DNA from: Calditrichia bacterium
GTDB lineage: Bacteria > Calditrichota > Calditrichia > JAJRVZ01
Assembly: GCA_963796965.1 (NCBI GenBank)
Contig: CAWCNS010000005.1
Coordinates: 1,120,001 to 1,184,000, forward strand
Direction of reading: 5' to 3'
DNA: 64,000 bases
Position numbers and translations under genes: made by a program. This document shows, piece by piece, positions 11,853-23,272 of the stretch (its first letter is position 1; every line of letters begins with the position of its first letter). The notes beneath the pieces were generated by a model. The model saw nothing but the letters and a program-made list of their open reading frames with translations. It was not told the origin of the DNA and made no database searches.

Positions 11853-14741
11853 ATGGACAGGCAATTCTTCTCTCATTTATTAATCACTACACTATTTTTT
11901 TTATGCCTTCAGATTGTCTATTCACAACCGGTTAGCCAAGATAAAGCAGCTGATATTGCTACTCAATTTATTGAATCAATACAATCTGTTGAGGCGCCCC
12001 TTTTAAGAAAAAGTGCCGAATACCAGGTATCAACGATATTTCCACTTTTAGATCCTGAAAATGGAACGCAACTTGGCTATCTTGTTCATTTGCAGCCCAA
12101 GGGCTTTATGATACTTTCTGCCTGGACTGATGGTGATCCCTTCGTCAGCTATTCATTGAATGATAACTGGCAGGAGAATTCGGCCGGGGAATCCGTCTAC
12201 ACACAATTAATATATTCTGATCTGCGATCCCGGCAACAGCAGTTTACAGATGATTCATTGGAAGAAGACAAGAAAATGATATCCGTCCTAACCAAAGAAG
12301 AAGCTTTTTATCAATGGCCTGAACCGGGCACTTCAAATACCGGCGGTTGGGTGGTAACCAAATGGCGGCAAGGCTATCCCTATAATCAGTTTTGCCCGCT
12401 AGATACTCAGGTTTATCCCCCCAGACATAGCGCCGTTGGTTGTATTGCCATCGCCATGGCCCAAGTGATTAATTTTCATCATTATATTGGCGGATTACAG
12501 TTTGATTTCACTGATAGATACACTTATAAGTATTTACAAATCAATTTTGATTCCGACAGTGCTAGATATAATTTCCCGGGATTTGGAGAACTAAATCGCT
12601 ACCTGCGGAGTATTGACAATAAGTATAAAAATGCTATCACCCTCAACGATATGGAAAGGGCAGCTTTGTGTTTTGCCACAGGCATCGTTGTAAAAATGGG
12701 TTATACAAGTACCAGTTCAACCATCATAAGCGGAGATTGCAGAAATACGGCTCCGCCTCTAATAAATAAATTTAACTACAATAATGCGGATTATTCTCTG
12801 GCAAATAAAACAAGTTTTGAAGATGATCTAATAGACAATCTCATGAATGGCTTACCTGCTGTGATCTATTTGTACGATCATGCCGTTGTAGCTGATGGAT
12901 ATAACACAAAAGGGCTTTTTCATCTGAATTTTGGATTAAACGAGGGTAATCCCAAATCAATTTCTGAGGTCTGGTTTAAACCGGATGGTTCAAGCCTCCC
13001 TGATAGGCCTACCGAATTTAAAAGCGGCATTATCAACATCAAACCGTTTCCGGATGCCTATGATCTGAACCTAATCGCCAGCTCAAACCATATACAAATC
13101 CCCTGTACAAAAATTGGTCAGATCTCCTCTGATCAAACCCTTCTGATAACAAATGAAGGGGCTGTTCCATTCTTTGTTGAAGATATACTTATTTCTGAAA
13201 ATTTTAAAGTATCATTTTGCACCGACCAATATAATTTTAAGGATCGCCTAATTTTGCTGAAACCACAAGAAACCCTTGAATTAAAAATTCATTTCAGACC
13301 TGACAAGGTGGGTAAATTTACCGGACTAATGCAGATATTAGTTTATCATGAAAAACAATGGGGGCATCTCAACATTGATCTCTGTGGGTATGGAGTTGAG
13401 GAGACTGGAACCACTATCACAGATTCTGAAATATCCGGTTTTATTTCTTCACAGGGATCACCTTATTATATCTGTAATAATATTAGGGTGTTGGATGGAA
13501 AACGATTAGAGATTGAACCGGGAACTTCCTTTCTGTTTACCGGTCCTTATTCATTTACGGTCGGAAGTAATTCCCGTTTAATCGCCAGAGGAACTGAGGA
13601 AGATTCGATTTATTTTTCCACTCTTTATGATCAGAGTAGATGGAATGGAATACAAATTAAAAATTCCGGTTACGACGATACCCTCTCCTATTGTGTAGTG
13701 GAAAATGTCTCTTCCAAATTAACATTGCAGGGAGGCCAGGCACCTATCTACCTTTATAGGTCAAGCCCCAATATTTCCCATTCGGTTATCCAGCACAATC
13801 AATCCCAATTCCGTGCTGCGGTTTATTTATATAAATCTTCAGCAGAAATAAGTCAATGTGTTTTGAGAGACAATACCTGCACAACCCCTGATGGAGGAGG
13901 AGCCCTCTATGTGAATGATTCATCTCCCAATCTCGATAATCTTCTTATCATTAGAAATCATGCCGTGAAGGGTGGTGCCATCTATAGTTATAAATCATCG
14001 CTTATTTTAAATAATCTGACAATCACAGAGAACACGGCTCAAAAAGATGGTGGTGCGATCTTTCTTGCCGCCGGCAATTATTTGGAAATATATAACACGA
14101 TTATCTGGCATAATCGGGCCTATCTCCTCCCAACAGAAGTATTGAATAAAAAGTCATCAGCGGATACTATATACATTCAATATTCGGATATTGATACCTT
14201 GTTCTGGGATTGGATTGGCGGCACCTCTATTCAAGACGCGCAATACGCTTTTGAGAATGGTGAAGGTAATTCCAGTGATGACCCCTTATTTAACAATCCA
14301 TTACAAAATGATTATTCTCTCCAAAAAGAGTCTCCCTGTATCGATAAAGGTCGCCCCTTTGACGACTATAATTTAGAGCCACAGCCCAATGGAGATCGGA
14401 TTAACATGGGGGCATACGGGGGTACTGGTAAAGCAACCAGCAGGGGAATTGTTTCCATTATCGAAAAGATAACTCCTAATGCCATCCACTTAGATCAAAA
14501 TTATCCTAATCCATTCAATCCCATTACAACGATCAGATATCAATTACCAATATCCAGTGATGTGGATCTAAGTATCTTTAACATTCTTGGGCAAAAAGTA
14601 GTTACTCTCGTTAAGGAAAGACAAGCGGCAGGAAAATACGATATTGATTGGAATGCCTCGGAATTTAGTAGCGGCACATATTTTTATCTATTAGTAGTGG
14701 GTAAGTATCGGGAAGTGAAAAAAATGGTCCTAATTCGATAG
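11853..14741 (+). CDS. Secreted C10-family (streptopain-like) cysteine peptidase with Ig-like domain, beta-helix and T9SS-type CTD
   Basis: RBS AAGGAGG then ATG 11853; signal peptide; WRQGYPYNQFCP, GCIAIAMAQV (Cys) and HAVVADGY (His); GGAI beta-helix repeats; LDQNYPNPFNP CTD. Confidence 0.85.
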   Translation: MDRQFFSHLLITTLFFLCLQIVYSQPVSQDKAADIATQFIESIQSVEAPLLRKSAEYQVSTIFPLLDPENGTQLGYLVHLQPKGFMILSAWTDGDPFVSYSLNDNWQENSAGESVYTQLIYSDLRSRQQQFTDDSLEEDKKMISVLTKEEAFYQWPEPGTSNTGGWVVTKWRQGYPYNQFCPLDTQVYPPRHSAVGCIAIAMAQVINFHHYIGGLQFDFTDRYTYKYLQINFDSDSARYNFPGFGELNRYLRSIDNKYKNAITLNDMERAALCFATGIVVKMGYTSTSSTIISGDCRNTAPPLINKFNYNNADYSLANKTSFEDDLIDNLMNGLPAVIYLYDHAVVADGYNTKGLFHLNFGLNEGNPKSISEVWFKPDGSSLPDRPTEFKSGIINIKPFPDAYDLNLIASSNHIQIPCTKIGQISSDQTLLITNEGAVPFFVEDILISENFKVSFCTDQYNFKDRLILLKPQETLELKIHFRPDKVGKFTGLMQILVYHEKQWGHLNIDLCGYGVEETGTTITDSEISGFISSQGSPYYICNNIRVLDGKRLEIEPGTSFLFTGPYSFTVGSNSRLIARGTEEDSIYFSTLYDQSRWNGIQIKNSGYDDTLSYCVVENVSSKLTLQGGQAPIYLYRSSPNISHSVIQHNQSQFRAAVYLYKSSAEISQCVLRDNTCTTPDGGGALYVNDSSPNLDNLLIIRNHAVKGGAIYSYKSSLILNNLTITENTAQKDGGAIFLAAGNYLEIYNTIIWHNRAYLLPTEVLNKKSSADTIYIQYSDIDTLFWDWIGGTSIQDAQYAFENGEGNSSDDPLFNNPLQNDYSLQKESPCIDKGRPFDDYNLEPQPNGDRINMGAYGGTGKATSRGIVSIIEKITPNAIHLDQNYPNPFNPITTIRYQLPISSDVDLSIFNILGQKVVTLVKERQAAGKYDIDWNASEFSSGTYFYLLVVGKYREVKKMVLIR

Positions 14742-15218
14742 TATCAAACGACTTGGGAAATTTAAAAATTTGACTGGATTAACAGGATAACACGATAAAA
14801 AACTTAGGCATAAAAGATGATTTTAGTATCACTCCCCAGAGGACTCATTTCGAGGAAGGGGCCCTAAACAGACATGGAGGACTACAAAAATTTTTACCCT
14901 AAAATCTTATAAGACGAAGAGCAGATTTTTATTGTATTTAAACTGTGATTGCGTATATTATTACACTTACAATACTGAAAATCACTTGCTCGAAGTATTT
15001 TATTGACCTCATTATAGAGACGACTTAAACACACCTTCCATTTTTAATGTGACATTATTTTTAAAGAGAATTTCTTAGTACTTAGCCTCAATATCGTATA
15101 CGACATTTTATCATATTTATAAGCGGGGCAACTGAAGCCGTCTTGTTCATACATTTTAGTGATTCTTTGATCTTTCTTGATCACTCCATATATCCACTCT
15201 TCAACAGAAGGATTCAAA

Positions 15219-15325
15219 ATGAAAACACCCTGATAATTATTTTTATCTCTTCTACATTATATGCCAAAATAATCAATGTACCGGGAGATGTGTCTTCTAT
15301 TCAAGCAGGCATAAATAATTCGTGA
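15219..15325 (+). pseudogene. N-terminal remnant of a secreted beta-helix protein
   Basis: RBS AGAAGGA, signal-like peptide, then IINVPGDVSSIQAGIN (compare TIHVPQDQRTIQAGIN in the next gene). Ends at the 9-mer repeat 15318-15354. Confidence 0.6.
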
Positions 15326-15533
15326 AATTTGACTTGATTGGTGTAATTAGTGGAAAAAATTAGTTCACATTGACTCAATTATAAAATCATCTGAAATCTG
15401 GCCTCATACGCATCTGAATAGTTTATATGACACTCCTTTTCCTTTTGTGATGACTACGATAGTGATACATAAGATTAATGTTATCAATATTATCTTGTAC
15501 ATCTGATATACTAATCAACAAAGGGAGGTAGAA

Positions 15534-18078
15534 ATGAGTTCTAAAATGACGGCTTTGTTTTTTTCAATGGTCTTCCTGTTCGGATTAATTATGGGAACTT
15601 CAGACTCAGACGGTCTGGACTAAAAATGCTGGTAATCCGATTTTCGATTATGGATCAATGGGTACCTGGGATGCAAGGTATGTGTATGACCCGGTAGTGG
15701 AATTTGACGGTGAAACTTACCATATGTGGTACTCGGGGGTAGGAACAAATTTCACGCAGATTGGATACGCCACCTCTTCTGATGGATTATCATGGGATAG
15801 ATATGAAGGAAATCCAGTCCTGACACCCGGTACGGGCTTAACATGGGATTCTCTGGGAGTAGGTATTGGTGATATTTTAATCGAAGATGGCGTGTTTAAG
15901 ATGTGGTACTGGGCCTGGGACGGCAGCCTGATCCGTATAGGTTATGCGACCTCAGCAGATGGAATGAGTTGGACCAAACAGGGCACCAAACCAGTTCTTG
16001 ATGTGGGTGAATCCGGAAGCTGGGATCAGGATCAAATTTGGCCGGCAACAGTTATCAAGGATGGTGAAAAATATAAAATGTGGTATGGTGGATATAATAG
16101 CCTGACAGATAAAAGTGCCATTGGCCTTGCTACTTCAGATGATGGGATCATCTGGCAGAAACATGAAGCGAATCCTGTAATGGAAGCTGGTGATGAGGGT
16201 GAATGGGACGGAGATAATATTGATTATCCGAATGTACTTAAGACGGAGAATGGATACCAAATGTGGTATACGGGATTATCCTATCCGCAATCAAATATTG
16301 GCTACGCCACATCTTCCGATGGTGTGATCTGGACAAAATGTACCTATAATCCTGTATTAAAAGCTGGCGCAGGAAATGCCTGGGACAGTTATCAGTTATT
16401 TGGTGGAACGATTATGGTTGAGGAGGGAAAGTATAAGTTCTGGTATACAGGGTTATCCCTGGGAGCTTACCGGATTGGTTATGCAACAGCACCTACAACG
16501 ATACATGTTCCTCAGGATCAGAGAACCATCCAGGCCGGAATAAATGCGGCGAATGATGGTGAAATTGTTCTTGTGGATGAAGGTACCTACTACGAGAATA
16601 TCAATTTTAAAGGCAAAAAAATAACTGTGACCAGTCTGTATCTTACCGACAAAGACACCTCGCATATTTCCAAGACAATTATAGACGGTAGCCAGCATCA
16701 GAATCCCGATAGCGGCTCAGTCGTGTTAATGGTTTCTGGAGAGGACACAAACTCTGTTCTTTGCGGATTTACTATTACCGGAGGTACCGGTACAAAAACG
16801 AATTTGGAAGAGAGGGAGATTAGAATTGGTGGCGGAATAGGAATATGGAATTCTGGCGCACGAATCGAAAATAATTATATCGTATATAACCATATCAACT
16901 TTATTAAAGAAGAAGTAACCTGTCATGGTGCCGGTGTAGAAGTGGTGGGTTTAAAAGACCAGACTGTAATCATCAGGAATAACACTATTAGCTATAATAC
17001 AATTAATTCCTGGTGGGGCGGTGGTGCAGGTATTAATATGGGCACAGGAGGAATAATTTTATTCGAAAAAAATCTCGTAGCAAATAATATATATACTTCT
17101 CAAAATGCAGCAGGTGGTGGTGGATTTTATTTGTGGGGGGACAATGAATATGATGGTTCAATTATTTTAGATCAGAACCATATTCAGGGAAATAAATCTG
17201 TGGGTAGTTTACAATATACTTCTGGTTGGGGCGGAGGTTTATACATTGAGGATTGTGATCCACTATTAACCAATAATATCATTACTGGTAATACCTCCGG
17301 CGCAGGAGCCGGGGTGTATCTCTATAGATTAAGTGGAAGCCATGTAATGAGGCCTGTTCTCATAAATAATACGATCTCAGAAAATGTGGCCAACTATGGC
17401 GGTGGAATCTATAACCGATCGGCAAATTCTATCATTATCAATACTATCTTGGCTAATAATACAGCAACAAGTCATGTTCTCGGACATGACATTTTTGATA
17501 ATGCAACTAATATTATTTTGAGGAATTGTCTGGTGGAAGGTGGTTGGGAGGGAAATGAAGAAAACACTATCAATATGGATCCGCTTTTTGTCGATCCTGA
17601 AAATGGGGATTTTCAATTGACTGAATTCTCTCCTTGTGTGGGTCGTGGAATTGACACCCTGGATATTAATGGCGTCTTTTTTGCTGCTCCTTCAACCGAT
17701 TGCGATGGTCTTAAACGACCCTGTGTTTACCCAGGAGATAACCTGATCGATATTGGGGCCTATGAATCAAATTATGCTTACACCTCAATTCAATCTCAAT
17801 ATGCAAATTTACCCATATCATTTAAACTAAGCCAAAACTATCCAAATCCTTTCAACCCATCGACAATGATCAGTTATCAGTTACCAGTAATCAGCGAGGT
17901 TGAATTAAGTATTTTTAATCTGCTTGGACAAAAAGTTGTGACTTTGGTGTCTGAAAAACAGGCTGCAGGCGTTTATCAGGTTGAATGGAATGCTAAGGCT
18001 TATGCCAGTGGTGTGTATTACTATCGGTTATCCACGGATAAGTTTGTAGAAACAAAAAAGCTTATTCTATTGCGATAG
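15534..18078 (+). CDS. Secreted protein: five-bladed beta-propeller (GH43/GH130-like), right-handed beta-helix and T9SS-type CTD (frameshift near 15600)
   Basis: RBS GGGAGG and ATG 15534; about five repeats of MWY.G...IGYATS.DG..W.K...NPVL; LSQNYPNPFNP CTD. Confidence 0.8.
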
Positions 18079-18086
18079 TTTTTTTT

Positions 18087-18672
18087 AACCGCAAAGACGC
18101 AAAGAAGGCGCAAAGTTCGCAAGAAAACATATAAATAACTTTTATAATTCTAATCGTGCATAGATTTTTCATTTATCTTTTTGCACAATTATTGTAATAA
18201 ATCCTTGCGTCCTTGCGGTTATAATTTATTTACAACTCTTTTAAAGCCATTTTTCAACAAGGCAACGTTAAAATTGATAAGAAGTCCCAATTTGCATTAA
18301 GACAATTTTAAATATGTCAATAATTGGGCTATATGTATATTTGATATCTCCTCAACCGCTTTTATTTCAACTATGACTATATGATTTATCATTACATCAA
18401 CCCTATACCCCGCATCCATTTTGATGTTTTTATAAATCAATGATATAGGTTTCTGGTTACTAACAGACAAGTCAAATCCATTAAGCTCATAGATAAGACA
18501 CTCTTCATAGGCAGACTCTAACAATCCCGGACCAAGTATTTTATGTACTCTTAATGCACATTCAAAAACAATCTTAGAAATTTCATTCTCATCCATTATC
18601 ATCTCCAAATTTTTCAATCCAAAAATTATTATTTTCTTTGCGCTCCTTGCGACTTCTTTGCGTCTTTGCGGT
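18087..18672. mobile_element. Putative GxxExxY cassette 1 bounded by ~37-bp imperfect inverted repeats
   Basis: AACCGCAAAGACGCAAAGAAGGCGCAAAG at 18087-18123; inverse at 18636-18672; partial internal copy at 18203-18220. Confidence 0.6.
18219..18596 (-). CDS. GxxExxY protein (PD-(D/E)XK nuclease-like) with an in-frame TAA at 18297-18299
   Basis: [34 protein letters not shown]...VEIKAVE. Reading continues in frame after the stop as [11 protein letters not shown], giving 125 codons like its paralog. Confidence 0.85.
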
Positions 18673-18693
18673 AAAAAGACTTTTATTAAAACC

Positions 18694-20238
18694 TCAATAT
18701 AACCACAATTGTCGATCAAGTGTGCGATATTGAATTGCCTCAGACACATGTTCAGGCAATATTTGAGTGTTTCCAGCAAGGTCTGCAATAGTTCTGGATA
18801 CCTTTAATATCCGGTCATAAGCACGAGCTGAGAGCCCTAATTTTGTGATGGCATTTTTTAACAATTCTTGTCCGGCATCATCAACGCGACAAAATTTTCT
18901 GATATCCCGTGATTGCATATGGGCATTGCAATAGATATATCCAACTTTCTCATAACGGTTTTGCTGTATTTTTCTCGCCGTCTGGACTCTCTTTCTTAAT
19001 TCTTCCGATGACTCCCCGCAATGGTCAGATGAGAGTTGCTTATAATTCACAGCCGGTACCTCCACATGAATATCAATCCGGTCCAGAAGCGGACCCGAGA
19101 TCCGTGACATATACTTTTGGATCTGGGCACCATTACAGGAGCATTCATGTTTTGGATCAGAATAATAACCACAGGGGCAGGGATTCATCGCCGCAGCTAA
19201 TAAAAAATTTGCCGGATAGGTTAAGGTTTGACTGGCCCGTGAAATGGTTACATAGGTGTCCTCCATAGGTTGGCGCAGCACCTCCAGAACATTCTTTTTG
19301 AACTCGGGTAACTCATCCAAAAACAACACGCCATGATGTGCCAGGCTGACCTCACCAGGTCTTGGGAATTTACCCCCTCCAACAAGAGCCGCATCGCTCA
19401 CGGTATGGTGGGGCGAGCGAAAAGGTCTTGTCGCGACCAGGGCCCTACCGGGAGGAAGTAGCCCGGCCACCGAGTGGATTTTGGTGGTCTCCAATGATTC
19501 CTCTAAGGTTAGATCAGGTAGAATGGTCGGGAAGCGCTTAGCCAGCATTGTTTTACCAGACCCAGGCGGTCCTATCATGATAATATTATGACCACCGGCT
19601 GCAGCAACCTCCAAAGCGCGTTTTACATGTTCTTGTCCTTTAACATCCCTAAAATCTAAGTCATATTGCCTCTGATTTCTAAATATGCGCGTAACATCCA
19701 CCTTAAACGGCTCTATCGGGATTACATTATTGAGAAAGTTAATTGCATCTACCAAGGTCTGTACCGGATACACATTTAATCCCTCAGCAACCACAGCGGC
19801 TTCCTGAGCATTGGCGAGGGGTATTAATAACCCTTTTTTACCTTTCTTTTTCGATTCAAGTGCAATAGATAATACACCACGTACAGGCCTTAAAACGCCA
19901 TCCAGGGCTAATTCACCAAGAATGACCGTATCGTCTAACTTCTCTTCACTGATCTCTCCCCTGGCTGACAGGATACCGATGGCAATCGGCAAATCGTAAG
20001 CCGATCCGCCTTTTTTTAAATTGGCTGGTGCCAGATTGATTGTAATACGTTTATTATAGGTAAAATCAAAACCCGAATTTTTTATGGCCGATATTACCCG
20101 TTCCCGGCTTTCACGTACAGCATTATCGGGCAAACCGACAATCCCGAATGAAGGTAGATTGCCTTCCATATGAGTTTCGACTTCCACAGGATGGGCATCT
20201 ATCCCCTGCACAGCACTACTCTGAACTTTCGACAACAT
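18694..20238 (-). CDS. comM: YifB/ComM Mg-chelatase-like AAA+ ATPase
   Basis: [75 protein letters not shown]. Confidence 0.93.
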   Translation of the reverse strand: MLSKVQSSAVQGIDAHPVEVETHMEGNLPSFGIVGLPDNAVRESRERVISAIKNSGFDFTYNKRITINLAPANLKKGGSAYDLPIAIGILSARGEISEEKLDDTVILGELALDGVLRPVRGVLSIALESKKKGKKGLLIPLANAQEAAVVAEGLNVYPVQTLVDAINFLNNVIPIEPFKVDVTRIFRNQRQYDLDFRDVKGQEHVKRALEVAAAGGHNIIMIGPPGSGKTMLAKRFPTILPDLTLEESLETTKIHSVAGLLPPGRALVATRPFRSPHHTVSDAALVGGGKFPRPGEVSLAHHGVLFLDELPEFKKNVLEVLRQPMEDTYVTISRASQTLTYPANFLLAAAMNPCPCGYYSDPKHECSCNGAQIQKYMSRISGPLLDRIDIHVEVPAVNYKQLSSDHCGESSEELRKRVQTARKIQQNRYEKVGYIYCNAHMQSRDIRKFCRVDDAGQELLKNAITKLGLSARAYDRILKVSRTIADLAGNTQILPEHVSEAIQYRTLDRQLWLY

Positions 20239-20256
20239 AATGCTTTTCCTTTTTAG

Positions 20257-20717
20257 TCTCACGCAGCGACGCAACGACGCAACGAATTGTTTCCTATAAA
20301 TTATTTACGATTCTTATAATACCATCTTTCAATAATCTTGAATTGAAGTTTATTAATAAACCAAGCTTTAATTTTGAAATTTTAAGGTAAGTTAATAACT
20401 GCTTTGAATGAACGGGTAATATAGTTTCAATTGATTTGATCTCGACAATCACTTTCTTTTCAACTATCAGATCTGCCCTAAAACCAGTCTTAAGTGTGAT
20501 ATCACCATAAGTGAGCGCAATTGCCTTTTGCTTATCAACCACCAATTTCTGTAGACAAATCTCATAAGTGAGAATTTGCTCGTAGACAGATTCGAGCAAG
20601 CCAGGACCAAGATTCCTGTGGATCCTAAAGCAACAGTCGAGAATTATCTCTGACACTTCATTTTCATGCATGCTAAATACCTTTCAATGCGCTGCGTCGT
20701 AGCGCCGCTGCGTGAGA
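20257..20717. mobile_element. Putative GxxExxY cassette 2 bounded by 28-bp inverted repeats
   Basis: TCTCACGCAGCGACGCAACGACGCAACG at 20257-20284 matches the reverse complement of 20690-20717 at 25/28. Confidence 0.6.
20294..20671 (-). CDS. GxxExxY protein (PD-(D/E)XK nuclease-like)
   Basis: [42 protein letters not shown]. Confidence 0.92.
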   Translation of the reverse strand: MHENEVSEIILDCCFRIHRNLGPGLLESVYEQILTYEICLQKLVVDKQKAIALTYGDITLKTGFRADLIVEKKVIVEIKSIETILPVHSKQLLTYLKISKLKLGLLINFNSRLLKDGIIRIVNNL

Positions 20718-20769
20718 ACATTAATTATAGATTAGATTACAAAAAGTATGCCGGGAATAAGTATGCAAT

Positions 20770-20805
20770 AAAAAAGGCTCTTGATGGGAAGTCAACAAGA
20801 GCCTT
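20770..20805 (-). terminator. Rho-independent terminator after the lipoprotein gene
   Basis: Minus strand reads AAGGCTCTTG...CAAGAGCCTT followed by a T-run. Confidence 0.7.
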
Positions 20806-20828
20806 GAGGAAAATAAGGAAGGGAAATA

Positions 20829-22964
20829 TTACCAGAAATATGAGATTTCCGTTTCAAATATCAAAAAGCGGGAACTCTCTCCCGTTGTCCAGAATTGTAA
20901 ATATACACCATGTCCCATATATCTCTCATCATATTCATAACTGACTGTTGTCCAATTCTTTGTCCTATTGCCTAATTCATAGGAGAAGGGCTGACCCTCA
21001 CCTTTTTCATTGAATAATCCATAATGACAATCCTGGAAGCCCTCAATATGTATAATTTTATAAAAAGTATAGACTAATTTTTCAGCATCAACAGGTATAT
21101 CAATTAACTTTAACATCTTCAAAAATCCACCTGCTCCACTTAAAGAATAGGCATCCGATATAACCTCGGCATCCACTCTTTGCCAATCCAGATAGTTCTC
21201 AGTGCCAACCTCTTTATAAGCTTCTCTCCTTATCTTTATACGTGAACTATGTTCTTGACCGGTATCCTTTATTTCCAATTGGAATGAATCCGGAAGGCTC
21301 TCATAAATGCTGCTTTCATTTGCTACATAGAATTCCCTGCTGCCTGGGGGGATGTGGGATAAAAGATATGAACCATCCCGTGCTGATACAGCCGATATTA
21401 AGGATAGGGATCGGTCAGGATTCAAAAGCCAAATTTTCATTCCACTTAATTTAATCTCATCAATGGTGTGTATCGTTCCGGATAAGACACCTGTTAGTTC
21501 TTCACTATTTAATTCAATATTGAAAATGGTGTTCATCTCACTAATCGTTACTTTCTTATTATACTCATCAAAGCCTTCCTTGAATGCCTGCAGTTCGTAG
21601 TTCCCTTCCGCGGGTATGTAATCGATCTGATAAAAACCGTTTTCATCAGTAGACGCAGAGAGGTTATTAACTGAAACCTTTACATCGGGAATTGGAATTT
21701 TAGTATCACGATAATAGACATGACCCGAGATACTGATACCGGCAATAATGGTAATCGTGCCAGAAGTTGAAACGGAATCGTTACCATCGCTCACCGTTAG
21801 AGACACTTCCGGCATTTGACCCACTTGTGCTGTCAAAGGAAATTGCCAGAGTGTTGCAGAACTATCTGCTGAGACTAATTCCCCGGCATCAGAGGACCAC
21901 TTGAAGAGAAGATTATCGCCATCATCATCAGATGCTGTGGCTGACAATTGTACAAAGCCACCTGGTGTAACTTCCCGTGCAGATATATTAAAAGAGGTGA
22001 TAACAGGAATATTATTTATTATTTCGATAATTTCGACAGATCTGCTTACCGACACTGAATCCAATCCATCGCTTACCAAAAGGGTTATACCCGGTTTCGA
22101 ACCAACAAGGGCATCCTCTGGAATAATCCAACTGGTTTTAATTAAATTTGGAGAAAGAATAATGCCCTGCTCAGTTGACCATTTTATAAGAAGAGAGTCG
22201 CTGTTTGGATCAGAGACCTGAGCAGTAACCAAAATGGTATCACCACTAAAGACTTGAATTGACGAGAAAGAAATGGATTCAATGACAGGAGGATCATTTG
22301 CAGCCCGGGCGATTACTACAGTTACAGAGTCGGATACTGAAATTTTGCCATCTGATACAGTGACAATCGCCTTATGATTAGATCCTTGTTCAGCTGATAG
22401 AGGTAAGGTCCAATTCGTATTAGCTTGATCAGGGTTTGAAATGATACCTGAACCGGTCGTCCACTGGTAGGACAACAAATCACCATCTGCATCGGTTGCT
22501 GAAACATTAATTCTGACACTTTCACCCGCAAATACTTCGGATGAAGATACATTTAGAGAATCAATCATAGGAGGGGTATTGTCCCGGGCAATAATATCGA
22601 TTGTCTTAAATGCTGAGACAGAATCGATACCATCGGTTACAGTCAATGTGAGACGTGGTTGTGAACCTATGGCAATTGATGATGATAATATCCATAGACT
22701 TGTAGAATCTGTGGGTGACTCAAGGTTTCCACTTTCTGCCGACCACATATAAAACAAAGAATCGCCGTCGCTATCCGTCGCTGAAGCCTTAACATAAAGG
22801 GAATCACCAGGTGATACCTGATTCATTGAAAGTAAGATAGATTGAATTACAGGCTTAGAATTTTCCGAATCCCGAGGGCCATCGCCAATTTCGGGTTCGA
22901 TGGGTGTTCTTGAACAAGCCAATAGGATGAATAACAATATAAAAATATATAGATGAAGCCTCAT
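20829..22964 (-). CDS. Lipoprotein with four tandem Ig-like (PKD/cadherin-like) repeats and carboxypeptidase-regulatory-like domains
   Basis: Lipobox LLAC; four repeats of P.I.S...V.A.D.DGD.L.Y.W...G....V.DG; beta-sandwich C-terminus. Confidence 0.75.
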   Translation of the reverse strand: MRLHLYIFILLFILLACSRTPIEPEIGDGPRDSENSKPVIQSILLSMNQVSPGDSLYVKASATDSDGDSLFYMWSAESGNLESPTDSTSLWILSSSIAIGSQPRLTLTVTDGIDSVSAFKTIDIIARDNTPPMIDSLNVSSSEVFAGESVRINVSATDADGDLLSYQWTTGSGIISNPDQANTNWTLPLSAEQGSNHKAIVTVSDGKISVSDSVTVVIARAANDPPVIESISFSSIQVFSGDTILVTAQVSDPNSDSLLIKWSTEQGIILSPNLIKTSWIIPEDALVGSKPGITLLVSDGLDSVSVSRSVEIIEIINNIPVITSFNISAREVTPGGFVQLSATASDDDGDNLLFKWSSDAGELVSADSSATLWQFPLTAQVGQMPEVSLTVSDGNDSVSTSGTITIIAGISISGHVYYRDTKIPIPDVKVSVNNLSASTDENGFYQIDYIPAEGNYELQAFKEGFDEYNKKVTISEMNTIFNIELNSEELTGVLSGTIHTIDEIKLSGMKIWLLNPDRSLSLISAVSARDGSYLLSHIPPGSREFYVANESSIYESLPDSFQLEIKDTGQEHSSRIKIRREAYKEVGTENYLDWQRVDAEVISDAYSLSGAGGFLKMLKLIDIPVDAEKLVYTFYKIIHIEGFQDCHYGLFNEKGEGQPFSYELGNRTKNWTTVSYEYDERYMGHGVYLQFWTTGESSRFLIFETEISYFW

Positions 22965-23272
22965 AATGAATCTCCAGAGGTATCTTTTATAAATTCAATA
23001 TTATCAGTTAAACAAAGATCGCTTTATAAATATTTCAGATCTAAACAATTTTGACAGAGGATATCAGTAATGAATTCGCGTGATAGAATAGAGCTATTTT
23101 CAATAGGAACAACTAATTATAACAAAAACGTTGCTGTTAAGCAACGTAAAATTTAGGAAAGGAAGATATATATTGAAGAGGGGTAATGGATTTTCATAAG
23201 CAGAGAATTCCAAGTTCCCAATTCAAAATCACAGATTTGAATTTTTATGCAATATTCTGTGGGATATAATAT

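Noticed and set aside
18597..18788. N-terminal extension of GxxExxY ORF 18297..18788
   Set aside because: It overlaps comM and translates the repeat arm. The true start is MDENE at 18596, by comparison with the paralog.
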